From Eledone cirrhosa (taxonomy: Eukaryota), in the NCBI GenBank assembly GCA_964016885.1, contig OZ024741.1, positions 205,468,001 through 205,532,000 on the forward strand: 64,000 bases of DNA. Reading direction: 5' to 3'. The notes beneath the pieces were generated by a model. It was given only the letters and a program-made list of their open reading frames with translations, was not told the DNA's origin and did not search any database. Positions 39,301 to 51,104 of the stretch are shown here, in pieces (within the stretch, counting starts at the first letter, position 1; the number at the start of each line of letters is the position of its first letter). The position numbers and the translations under genes were made by a program.

Positions 39301-41051
39301 ACGACCATTCCACATATTACAATGAAGCTCTTGCTCGGAGTGGATTTGTCGATAAGGTAGCATATACAGAATACGAGAATAGACCTAGAATAGATCCCGA
39401 CGCATTATATGGTATAACCAACCATATAATATGGAAGTGGCCACACCATTAGCTAAGATCTTTCTATCCCTTATTACGAAGCAGTTTCCCCCTACACATA
39501 AATATAGTAAAATTTTTAATAGAAATACTATTAAAATGTCTTGCTCTACGACTCCTAGCCTTGCACATAACATCACAACTTCAAATTTAGCTAAACTACC
39601 TAGCCGTAGGAACACGTGCAACCCTGTAGTTAGTACTAACTGTAATTGTAGGAATCGGGAAATGCCTCTCTAGTAACATTGTCTACAAATGTAAGGTTGA
39701 AACACACACGTCCCATAGGGCCTACATAGGGTTAACCGCCAATACATTCAAGCAGCGTCTTTACATGCATACCCATTCTTTTCGTTACCCTCTAAGAAGG
39801 AATATGACGACACTTTCAGCTTATATCTGGAGTCTAAAAGACAACCACACCCAATATAAGTTACACTGGGAGATCCTAGCTAGGGCTAGATCGTATAACG
39901 GAAATAAAAGACCACGTGACCCCTGCGCCGCTGAGGCCCTGGAAATACTCTACGCCACAGACCACATCTTAAACAAAAAATCTGAGGCAATTTTGGCTTG
40001 TAAACATAAATTGCACAAAACTTTCCTGTATTACAGCCCCACATTTTACCCTAACGGATAGTACGATCTATACGCGGATATTTTACGTCTTGATGTGGTA
40101 GCTAAGTATATGTTATGTTTATACCATTACTTATTTACATAGGTAAGTATATATTATCTGTATGTTTTGTGAAGGTACGTATACTTTCTCGTACGTATAT
40201 TTGATTGTATGTTATGGCGTATATTTTATATATTCTGGTACATATGCTTTTGGTTATGTGTATACGTGAGTTTTGCGTCTGTGTGAGTATGCGGGTTCGT
40301 ACGTATGTAGGGTGTGTGTATATATGTACTTCGTGTTTTGGTTGACGTACGTCTCCGAACATTTGTGTACTTACATGTAGGTATGTGGGTGCGCTTGTTA
40401 TATACGTATTTATTTATATACGTTTATTTAATTATTTGTATACACGCACACACACACATATTTATATGTGCGTGTTTTTGTATACCTATGGTGAGTGTTT
40501 TCGCGTATGCTTGTGAATGTACGTACTTGGATGCGTGTATGTATTTATTTAATTTCAATTACCTCTGTATTTTATTTACTTTATTCTTAACTCTGAAGCG
40601 GAGAATCATTCGGTTTCCTAGTTAGAATTTTAGTCTACGACTTCAGTTATACCATTTACGTGGTTTTGTCTTTGCGTGCAATTGTTCTCCACGATCCACA
40701 TATGACGTATTATCTTCGTTTTTTCCGTTCATTGCCAGAGAACGTCTCTATAAACCACCTATGAGAATATTAGTCTACGACTTCTTTTATACCATAAACG
40801 TGGTTCTGTCTTTGCGTGTAATTGTTTTTCACCGCTCCAAATAATGACGTTTTTTATATATTCGTTTTTTCCCGTTCTTTGCCAGGGAACGTTTCCACGA
40901 ACCAAAGTATCGTCTTCCTGTTTTCCTCCGGTTGCAACGTTTTTTGAAATATTCACTTCTGCGTTTACAGATTGACTTTGTTAGTTTCAGAAGATCCCGT
41001 TAAGGGTGAAAGCAGCGATTCTTTGCTTAAACTTTAATCTGTTATTTTAAT
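36392..41051 (+). mobile_element. Near full-length Naiad-like PLE with ~1 kb inverted pseudo-LTR
   Basis: 36486-37496 is the reverse complement of 40051-41051; 36392-36426 is an inverted copy of ~37880-37915; TA-flanked. Confidence 0.93.
37956..40061 (+). pseudogene. PLE polyprotein (N-terminal domain, RT, GIY-YIG) with one in-frame TGA and later frameshifts
   Basis: STKNI..P, IKRLRWRA, DKTGNLY, TLKDHK, RLINPTKS, QFDI, FDVSMG, YRDDG, NYLDVT, KIFNRNTIK, CNCR, VYKC, YIG, TTLSAYIWSLK. Confidence 0.92.
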
Positions 41052-41077
41052 TAATATATATATATATATATATACAT

Positions 41078-41253
41078 AGAAGTGGTTACGCAACAGTTAG
41101 TTCACCATACCGAAAACAATTGTTTCACCTGAGGATCCGCTAAGATCAAACAATTGTTCTCGGTATGGTGAACTTTTACCTAACTCGTCCCAAGGACTGA
41201 GTGCTCTACCACTACGGATATTACCTTCCAGTGTTCTACCACTATAACCTATC

Positions 41254-41255
<2 letters not shown>
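41078..41255 (+). mobile_element. Fold-back mini PLE pseudo-LTR remnant
   Basis: Arms AGTTCACCATACCGAAAACAATTGTTT / AAACAATTGTTCTCGGTATGGTGAACT flank CTGAGGA...; TA-flanked. Confidence 0.55.
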
Positions 41256-41319
<64 letters not shown>

Positions 41320-41321
<2 letters not shown>

Positions 41322-44309
41322 TTGAAGAGTAACCAATCTTAAAGAGCGAGATGGAGATAGGAGAGGAGAGATTGGTGAATTAGTTAGAAGCCAAAGCGTA
41401 AAGGCATGTGCTCAATGTGCAATATGCAGTAGAAAGCAGCTAGGTGGCTGGGTTCATGCAGAAGTTAGGTGCGCAGAGCTGGAAATATTCATTAGTTAAG
41501 CAAAACAAGACCACACATTTCACAAGGAAGACATTATTAAAAGATTGTCAACATATTTTAGTTTGATGTAAAGAATGTAGAGAATAATAATAATAATGTC
41601 CGTTTACAATTGTTTCGCTACTCCATATAATATTTCTGGATCAGATGACTATATATCATAATTGATCTGGTTCAGTTGAAAATAATTAACATATTTAAAA
41701 GACAGAGCGGCTCATCGGAACTTCAAAGGAATATAAATTAAAATAATGAGAATGTTACATAATATAATGTTCTATATATTGGTTTTTACTATGGTGTCTT
41801 GGTTGCATCAGTTGTCAGCCATAATCAAGCAGTATTCATCTGTCGAGGCTGCATTGTGTGAGATCTGCCTATGGGTAACAAGATGGCTGCCAAAGGGCAT
41901 ATTTACCTTACTAATTAGAGGATGGTTTCAGGGGAAGTAACTCCTCAAGAGATTAGAAATTGTGGGTGTTTATAGTTAAGTGCTAATTTAAAAAAATTTT
42001 TAATTGAGAGACAATGTAGGAGAGGTAACTTATAATTATCGAGTTGTTCATAGCAATTTAACTTATTAGCTACAAGTAAAAATGGGGCTACATGACTAAG
42101 TTGGGTCAAATATTCTATTGGCGAAGGAATTAGCCCTTCGATGTTGACAGCTAATAGTTACCTCCGTTCTATCGTTAATCAGTAGAGGTCGTGATAGAGT
42201 TATGTAATATGCTTCCGTAACACAGAGATCACAAGATTTTATTCGTCCATTGAACAGTTGGGCCCTAGCCACGATATCCCATTTTAATGAGTGTTGAACG
42301 TTGTTTAATTTAAGGTTTTTAATGAGCCTGGCTAGTGATGTCGAACATCTGTTGCTAGGGTCTCGGAAAGAAAAAGAGTGCGCGTTATAGCGTACCTTAA
42401 AAGGGTTAGAGGTAGACCCGATATAAGAGCTGGTATTCGAAGCAGTCTTAACCGTGCACCTATAGACTATGTTGGGTGTCAGGTAGTGTCCATTTAATGG
42501 GCATGCATTGGGGTAACGGCAGTTGCAGTTGCTTCTGCGGTTAGTGAGAGTAGGGTTGTTTAATCTAAGCGGTAGGTCCGTGCTAGAAGGATTAGATGCG
42601 GGAGGTGTGCTACTAGAGTAATTATTGGTGTAGTGGCGTGGTGTATTTGATAGGGGTGGTGGTACCGCGGTGTGGGAGTTATACTGTCTTAGCTTATGAT
42701 GGTTACTGAATGCGATGTGGCTAGCCAGGTTAGGTGTTGCGGAGAATGAGATTTTAATGTTATTTTTATTAAAGAGTTTGTAATATCTATGGTTGGGGTG
42801 TGGGGGTGTGTTTAGATAGGATAGAGAAGAAGCGTTTGGGGATATTAGTGGCTAGATTAGATGAGAATGGGGGTTAAGCCAGGTGATATTTCTAGGTCTA
42901 TTCCTTCTAGGGGTTCTAGTGGAGTTGGTAGGCGCCTTCCTAGGGTTATTATTACCTGGGGATTTGTTATTTGTCATCCCATTTCTCATTCCTATTCTAG
43001 GGTTGATTTTTAGTTTGCTACTTGGAGTGGGGAGCAAGCCGCTGCCACCATTAAGTTCCCTGTATAGGTGCTGTTACTGCTAAAATTCCGGCGAATCTGG
43101 CTATATGCTAAGGTATTTCTAGTTCTAGTGTTAAGTTTATTATGGTGAATTGCTGTGTTATGGCATTTAAGTATGTAATAAATTGATTGTTCATAACCAG
43201 ATTCAGAGAGAGCCTTATTATAATATTGTGCGTGGTTTATAAATATCTCCTCACTTGCTGATAGCATTGAGATCCTATAGGAGATAGATTTGATTACTGC
43301 TCTGATGACTGCCGGTGGGTGGTTAGAGTGTGGGCTAATATATGTGAGTATTTCACCTGGTTTGTGGTAAGGGTAATATAGGTTATTGTTCAGATCCAGG
43401 ATGACGTCTAGGAAGTTTACTACTTTATGGTTCGGCTCGATGGTGATAGAGAGACCGTTATTTTTAAAGAATCTATGTAATTGTTTCTTTAGAAAATCGA
43501 TTCCCCGATTAGTGCAATTGTGGACTGCAAATAGGGCGTCGTTCCTGTATATTCCGCCTTGCAAGTGTTGGATTTCGGCTCTGATGTTACGTAATAAGTA
43601 AATCCCAACTAAATCGGTGATTTGCGCGGAGTCACTTGAGCCCATCGTAATGTCAAGGTTGTCTGTATATCTTTTCTAGTCCAGAGTGCTCCGTTGAATT
43701 CAATGATAGTCTGCCTAGCCATAAGTATGATGTTAATCTCATTATTGGTTATGTCCGAGTTGGTGGTGGCAGCCATCTTATTACCCATAGGAAGATCTCA
43801 CACAATGCAGCCTCGACAGATGAATACTGCTTGATTATGGCTGACAACTGATGCAACCAAGACACCATAGTAAAAATCAATATATGGAACATTATATTAT
43901 GTAACATTCTCTCATTATTTTAATTTATATTCCTTTGAAGTTCCGATGAGCCGCTCTGTCTTTTAAATATGTTAATTATTTTCAACTGAACCAGATCAAT
44001 TATGATATATAGTCATCTGATCCAGAAATATTATATGGGGTAGCGAAACAATTGTAAACGGACATTATTATTATTAATATGAGTTCAAATCCTGCCGAGG
44101 TTAACTTTGCCTTTCATCCTTATGGGGTCGATAAAATAAAGTACCAGTAATGTACTGGCTAACTTCTGGCCTTGTGCCTAAAATAGAAACAATTATTATT
44201 AATATTATTATTATTATTCTCTACATTCCTTACATCAAACTAAAATATGTTGACAATCTTTTAATAATGTCTTCCTTGTGAAATGTGTGGTCTTGTTTTG
44301 CTTAACTAA

Positions 44310-44314
<5 letters not shown>
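41320..44314 (-). mobile_element. Naiad-like PLE, 5'-truncated, with ~400 bp inverted pseudo-LTR
   Basis: 41487-41892 is the reverse complement of 43767-44314 once the SINE at ~44080-44200 is removed. MGSSDSAQITDLVG, NFLDVIL, SNHPP, CNCR...CPLNG, YIG on the minus strand. Confidence 0.92.
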
Positions 44315-44356
<42 letters not shown>

Positions 44357-44424
44357 TATATATATATAGTATATATATATACATACGTATATGTATATAT
44401 ATATATATATTCATTAGTTAAGCA

Positions 44425-45905
44425 AAGCAAGACCTCAAAATTCACATGGAAGGCGTTAATTAAAGCATATATATATCCCCCACAAACATATCCAGATCTG
44501 ACCACCCCACCACTAATAATACTAAACATCCCCCAACCCACCTTCCCCTTGACCACACACACACACACCATCACACATACACTCACCGACACCCACTCCA
44601 CACCCACACTACCACCACTAACCCCCACTCACACACCCGCATTCAACCCCTCCCCAACACCCACTCATATCCAAACACATTCGCCAGTACATTACACTCC
44701 CTCCGACTATCACCAGCACCTTCTCTCTCCCTCTCTCGCTCCCCGCACACACATCCCACTAATATACCGACCCGCCCACACCACCCTCTCCCTCAACCTT
44801 TCTGACATACCCATCCCCTCCCCTGTCCAACGCACCTCCGCACACACACACACATTCCTACTGCTATCTTCCTCTCACCTCCTTCGCTCTGCCTTGACCC
44901 TCTGATCACTTCCTGTTGCGCGCGCACCCCACAACTCTCCACTTCCTCACAACCATACCAGGAATTTACATCACCGATCCACTGCTCCAGCCATCGACCT
45001 TGCCACACTCGGAATCCTCAACATCCGGTCTTACAGTCCGTGGAAAAACACCCAGAAACACACACACACAAACACTTACACCATTTTCGTACCACGCAAC
45101 CAAACACACACACACCGACTTTCACCCCACCAGGATTTTAATGTACTGACTACATACCACCCCACTGTTATTAGCTGTCAACTGACTGAGTGGTCACTAG
45201 ATCAACATCATAAATCTCCTAACCCTTCTTTCACTCTCTCTCCCTAAAGCCACATCAACCCCATTAAGATAAGACAATCAGCATGCAAGACATTTACCAC
45301 ACACACACATATATATCAAAACTCTCCCTCTCAATTTTTATTCTCTATCTACCGATCTACTCCTTCCCCGTCCTTTATGTCTCATCCTCGTATCTCTTCC
45401 CCTCTCACTTAATTTTTAATTTATTATTTTTTATCCTTTATCTGCCATTTGTTACTATTTTTTATTTTCTACTCTAAACGCCCTGAGATTTGACCACCAT
45501 GTATGTATGTATGTATTTAATGTTGCCTTTCATGTTAGTATTATCTCTACCCTCACCACGTCTTTAAACATACACTTACTCACTACTGTAACTTTAATCA
45601 CCACCACTATTATCAGCAATCGTATTCTGTACTTATTATTTTTTTAATTTATTTTTTACATCCGTACCATCGTCATTCTAACTTCTTTATTATTATCTTT
45701 TATTATTGATGTTATTGTTTTGATTCTCCGATGTATCTCTATATACCAATGCCAGTATTCCGATGATTTGATCAGAGTAAACACTGGTCGAATGACGCAA
45801 CTTCGAGTGATTAACGGCCTTTAGACTCACCTGATCAATGAAACAATTGTTAATACTTGAAATAAAACCCTTTTTGTACAGCCGATCATGTTATTCTTCA
45901 ATCTT

Positions 45906-45910
<5 letters not shown>
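44425..45910 (+). mobile_element. Probable PLE 3' region (CA-rich) with degenerate HHR-like motifs
   Basis: TA-flanked; CTGATCA...GAAACAATTGTT near 45830; no intact coding sequence. Confidence 0.35.
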
Positions 45911-45961
<51 letters not shown>

Positions 45962-46122
45962 GGAGGTGAGTTTTATTGTAGTACAATAAAGCAATGCAGA
46001 TATCGGATAAGTAGCACTCTACAGTTTGTAGGACTGGAGTATAAATAATAATATATAAGATATATGTTGATTTAAAACTGCACTATTCACAAGTGTGTTT
46101 TAACCTTCATATCATGTCTCCC

Positions 46123-46193
46123 TATTTTATCTGACGAAAACGCAAATGTTATTGCATGATGATATTTGTTTTTGAAATGCGCATAATAAAATA
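46123..46193 (+). ncRNA. Type I minimal hammerhead ribozyme with intact core
   Basis: Stem I TATTTTAT/ATAAAATA; CTGACGA; long stem II; GAAA-TGCGCA-TA with palindromic stem III. Confidence 0.8.
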
Positions 46194-46221
46194 CATGGAA
46201 CTCTTTTAACCATCTTTTGAT

Positions 46222-46262
<41 letters not shown>

Positions 46263-46270
<8 letters not shown>

Positions 46271-46642
46271 GCGTGGAGCTAATAATTGTTTCTACTTTTG
46301 GCACAAGGCCAGCAATTACCTAGTGTATTACTGGTACTTTATTTTATCGACCTCGTAAGGATGAAAGGCAAAGTTAACCTCGGCGGGATTTGAACTCAGA
46401 ATGGCGTGCGTTTGTTTGGTTATTATTTGGAACAATGTGTTGACTGAGGAAAGGAGGGTGAGAAACTATAGAAGTCCAACGTTCTAAGATTCGTCACAGC
46501 TGTGTGTTTGTATGTTTGTATCACGTGTGAGTGCGAAGGAACCAACCAACCAACCAACCAACTAACAAACAAACATCTCTTTTTTACATTATGTATAGAT
46601 ATTGCAATTAGCCGTCATTTTTGACGGCACGGGGTCATCTAG
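46263..46642 (+). mobile_element. Short Helitron-like element interrupted by a SINE (46281-46401)
   Basis: TATATAAAGG start; hairpin GCCGTCA...TGACGGC then CTAG|T. Confidence 0.55.
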
Positions 46643-47569
46643 TTCTTATAGATTTTCTGCAATTATTAGTTATAGAAATGATCTGACGTTCCAATAAAAT
46701 ATTAACTTATTAAAAGGAAAAAAAAAAGAAAAAAAATCAATTGTAATCTACATTTTCGAAAACCTACCTCTGATTTTTGTATTTTATTTACAAACATGTA
46801 TTAAGCTCAGACATGGCTGTGGGGTTACGGAGTTTGCTTCAATCCCGTTGAGTAACACCTTTAACCAGTGTCTTCTACTATAGCATTGTTTCCCAAAATG
46901 GGCGGTGCTTTGATATCGGGGGGGGGGGACGGACGACGACAGTGAAGTATTAAAAAAAAGAAGAAACAAGCTATTTATTGTTTAAATTTTAAACAATAAA
47001 TAGCTTGTTTTTTTCTTGTTTTTTACAAATATATTGCATACGTATATTAAGCATTTATATAGACATCTATAATAAAGACATCTATGAGATTGTGTAGATT
47101 CTACACAATCTCATAGATGTCTTTATTCTTATTGGCAAAATCACATTCTTTTTACATCCATCATTGTTTAATGTCCACTTTCTCTGCTAGTAAGGTTTGG
47201 ATGTGTCATCACAGACTGATGGTGGGGGCGCTGAGGGTATTACCTGGCCGTGAGGTGACCCCAAAAGTTTGAGAGCCTCGAGTAGTGAGTGGAATTTCGT
47301 AGACGGAAACTGCAGAACTCTTCTCTCACTGCTCCCTTTCTTTCTCCCTCTCCCTCCCACTGTTACTTTCTTTCTTCCACTCTCCCTTCTACAGGCCAGT
47401 TCCGCTTACAGTGACACTACTGTTCTTCCTTTCTCGAGACGATTTGAGGTCGATTGGACGAACTCCATTTCTCTCTCTCGCTCTCCCGTCTCTCTCTCTA
47501 ACCAGTCCCAACCCAAACATAACAAAGAAGATATTTATTTCTCCGTTGCTACGAGCCACCTATGTTTCG

Positions 47570-48407
47570 TATATATAAAACAGAGGATGTCTGTCTGTGT
47601 GTCTGTTTCCCTAAAACTCGAGAAGTACCCAACCGTTTTCTTTTCAAACTTTACACATGTAACCCGTATGGTCACGGAAGTGTTTTGAGCAAAAAAAATT
47701 TCAAATTTTCAATGCCCTAGGGACCGCATTAGGCGATTTAGCTATCTCTTTCTCTTAGTCTTTCTCTTTTTAGATAGATACATAGATATGACGTCGCGCC
47801 TTCATAATATCTGTCTGTATGCCTGACTGTCTGCATTACGTCATTATGACGCGATCAGTGTGTGTGTGTGTGTGTATATATTCTTATGCCAGGCAACGTC
47901 TTCACGAACCAAAATATCGTCTTCCTGTTTTCCAGATTGATTTTTTTTAGTTTAAGATCCCGTTAAGGTTGAAAGCAGCGATTCTTTGCTTAAACATTAA
48001 TATGTTATTTTAATATAGATATTCGTGTACAGATATTTTTGCATACACAAAAACAAAATATAAACAAACACGACCAAAGATTACATCAGTTAGTCTTAGT
48101 GTACTTCATATTGCTTTTAGGTAGAATATCCCGTTAAGGGTGAAAGCAGCGATTCATTTTCTGCGTTCACAGATTGATTTTTTTAGTTTTAGAAGATCCC
48201 GTTAAGTGTGAAAGCAGTGATTCTTTGCTTAAACTTTAATCTGTTATTTTAATATATATATATATATATAATTATATATTCATGGACAGATATTTTTGCA
48301 TACACAATAACAAAATATAAACAAACGAGGCTCGATAAGGATAAATATATATCAAATATATAAGAACCCAAGAACAAATCCCGAGCAACGCCGGGCCATT
48401 CTGCTAG
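47570..48407 (+). mobile_element. Non-autonomous Helitron carrying PLE pseudo-LTR fragments
   Basis: 5' TATATATAAAACAGAGGATGTCTGTC; 3' CCCGAGCAACGCCGGG...CTAG|T; the interior matches ~40885-41051 and 36430-36470. Confidence 0.8.
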
Positions 48408-49764
48408 TATATATATAAATCTTTAAATAACCCTACCCAACAATAAGATGTGTGTGTGTGTGTGTGTGTTACAATAACCCTAATCCACCAAAGGCATTAT
48501 AATAGGAAACTAAGTCCCTAATAAAAATTCAAAATGTAAATTGGACATCAGTCACAGAACGTTGTTCATTGCTCTTTTCCATTCAAATATACTATCCTCA
48601 ATTAAAAAAAAGCTTTGATAATCTGAAAATTTACAACCAAATTTTAGATTAAAGACCTACCTCTCTAGAAGTCATTACAATCTAAAAGCAACAAATAGCG
48701 GAGATAACTACAATGAAATCAATGTAGATTTTTTGGGAAAATATAGAAAATGTCTGTGTGAGGATATAATCACTAAGCTATGTCAGTTGCATGTTTGCTT
48801 TTCAGATCTTCAACATCTGTTAGACATCTGTTTGCTACTTCCATGAATAATTTCAGTTAATCGAAGTGTTTCAAATATTTTTATTACATATGTGAGTCTG
48901 TATGTATATTTAGTATGCGGAACGCTCTCCTTGAATATTGACTTTGCCTTTCATCCTTACGAGGTCGATAAAATAAAGTACCAGTAATGCACTGGGTATT
49001 TGCTGACCTTGTGCCTAAAGTAGAAACAATTATTAATAACTAGTTGGCTCCGTGCCGTAAACAATGACAGCTAATTGTAAGACGTATACATCTATATATA
49101 AATTTCTGCGATTCTGTCACAGTGAGCCTCGCGAGTTGGAGTGGCTTTTCCAGCGCGTCTCCCTTGCCGTCCTCCGGGGAAACGCCTTCTCCATTCTGTC
49201 CGCCGGGGCTGTGGGTGGGCCCCATCGCGTATCATTTTTGTAAATATGACAACAGTTTATGATTTGATTTTATTGTTGATGTTATTGTTTACGTAGATTG
49301 AATAAATTTCATGCGGTAAAAAAAAAAAAAGGTAAAGAGAGGAATAGTTTGAATACCTCATACTACTCCTCTCTCTTTACGTCTTTCACGCAGGCATCAG
49401 ACGTAAAGAGAGAGGAGTAGTATGAGGTATTCAAACTACTCCTCTTTCTTTACGTGTTGTGACAGAATCGCATTGTAAATGTATGTGTGTGTATGTGAGT
49501 ACGTATTTTTGTAAGTGTGTCTGTGTTTGCGCATTTATATTTATATACTCACACATATAAATGTATGTATAGGCACACACACACATATACACAGGTGTCA
49601 GTGTATGTGTATAGGCACACACACACACATATACACACAGGTGTCAGTGTATGGAAAACAATTCTAGTATTATAAAAAGGAGTTTTTGTTGGTTCCTTCG
49701 CGCTCACGCACACAACAGATACAAACATACAAACACTCAGCGCTGACGAATCTTACAACGCTGG

Positions 49765-49974
49765 ACCCCTCCTCCTTTCTCAACCACATAGATGTTTCTC
49801 ACCCCTCCTCCTTTCTCAACCACATAGATGTTTCTCACCCCTCCTCCTTTCTCAACCACATAGATGTTTCTCACCCCTCCTCCTTTCTCAACCACATAGA
49901 TGTTTCTCACCCCTCCTCCTTTCTCAACCACATAGATGTTTCTCACCCCTCCTCCTTTCTCAGCCACATAGATG
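49765..49974. repeat. 36 bp minisatellite, ~5.8 copies
   Basis: ACCCCTCCTCCTTTCTCAACCACATAGATGTTTCTC repeated head-to-tail without spacers. Confidence 0.95.
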
Positions 49975-50088
49975 TGTGTCTGTTTATATATATGTATGTG
50001 TAGATTTGTGTGTGTTTGTAATTCTATTGTCTATGTATCTTTCTAAATTAATACACAATCACATACATACTGACACAAATATTATATA

Positions 50089-50994
50089 CTAGCAGTGGTA
50101 CCCGGCGTTGCACGGGATAAGGTATTTTGGAACGCGGGCCGCCAACAGACCTAATCGTGGAAAAACTGCATGCGTGGACAATATGTAAAGAAAATAAACC
50201 GAATACTCTGATGACTGGATAATCTTTAAGATTTTCCTCGATGAAGCAGGAAAAATGCAGGTTTTCATCCCTAGGGGATCAAGAAAATGATTTTTTTTTA
50301 TGTGCATAATATGCCTTGAAATTTCGGGAAAATCGGCTAGACGTAACGCCTCAAAAAAAACCTAAAAAGCTGAAAAAATGAAGTTTTTCACCTAATGCGA
50401 GCCCTAGGCCATAAAAAGTTGGATTTTCTTTGCTCACAGTAAAGGAGAGACTGACTAATACATAGTTAGAATTTCAAGGAAATCAGTCTGACGTAACAAC
50501 TAAAAAAACCCATAAAAACCTGAAAAAACGTAGTTTTTCACCTAATGTGGACCCTAGGGGATCAAAAAGTGGAATTTTATGTGCATAACACTTCCTGAAA
50601 CATAAGTAATACACATGTAAAGTTTGAAAAAAGTCGGTTGGGTACTTCTCGAGTTTTAGGGATTCAAACTCAGACACACACACACAAACAGACATCCTTA
50701 GGGAAGTGACGTAATGCAGATAGTCAGACATACAGACAGATATTATAAGGGCGTGACGTTATATGTATGTATCTATCTAAAAAGAGAAAGACTAAGAATT
50801 ATAGAGAGATCGCTAAATCGCCTAATGCGGTCCCTAGGGCATTGAAAATTTTGAAATTTCTTTTGTTCAGAACACTCCCTGAAACATAAGTATTACATGT
50901 GTAAAGTTTGAAAACAGTCGGTTGGGTGGTTCTCGAGTTTTAGGGATTCAAACTCACACACACAGACAGGCATCCTCAGTTTTATATATATAGA
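50089..50994 (-). mobile_element. Non-autonomous Helitron, same 5' family as 47570
   Basis: Minus strand TCTATATATATAAAACTGAGGATG...CCCGTGCAACGCCGGG...CTAG; internal duplications. Confidence 0.8.
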
Positions 50995-51067
50995 CTAGCA
51001 GAAAACCACTCGGTGGGTGGTTTTCTGCTAGTCGATATATATTTAACACACACACAAACACAGACAC

Positions 51068-51104
<37 letters not shown>

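Noticed and set aside
42883-43083. Hydrophobic membrane-protein-like ORF
   Set aside because: It is the antisense reading of the N/R/P-rich PLE linker
44309-44905. 198 aa Pro/Thr/His-rich ORF
   Set aside because: It arises from TA and CA-rich low-complexity sequence with no domain signal
49765-49974. 36 bp repeats as a CRISPR array or repeat protein
   Set aside because: No spacers, no cas genes, eukaryotic context; it is a plain minisatellite
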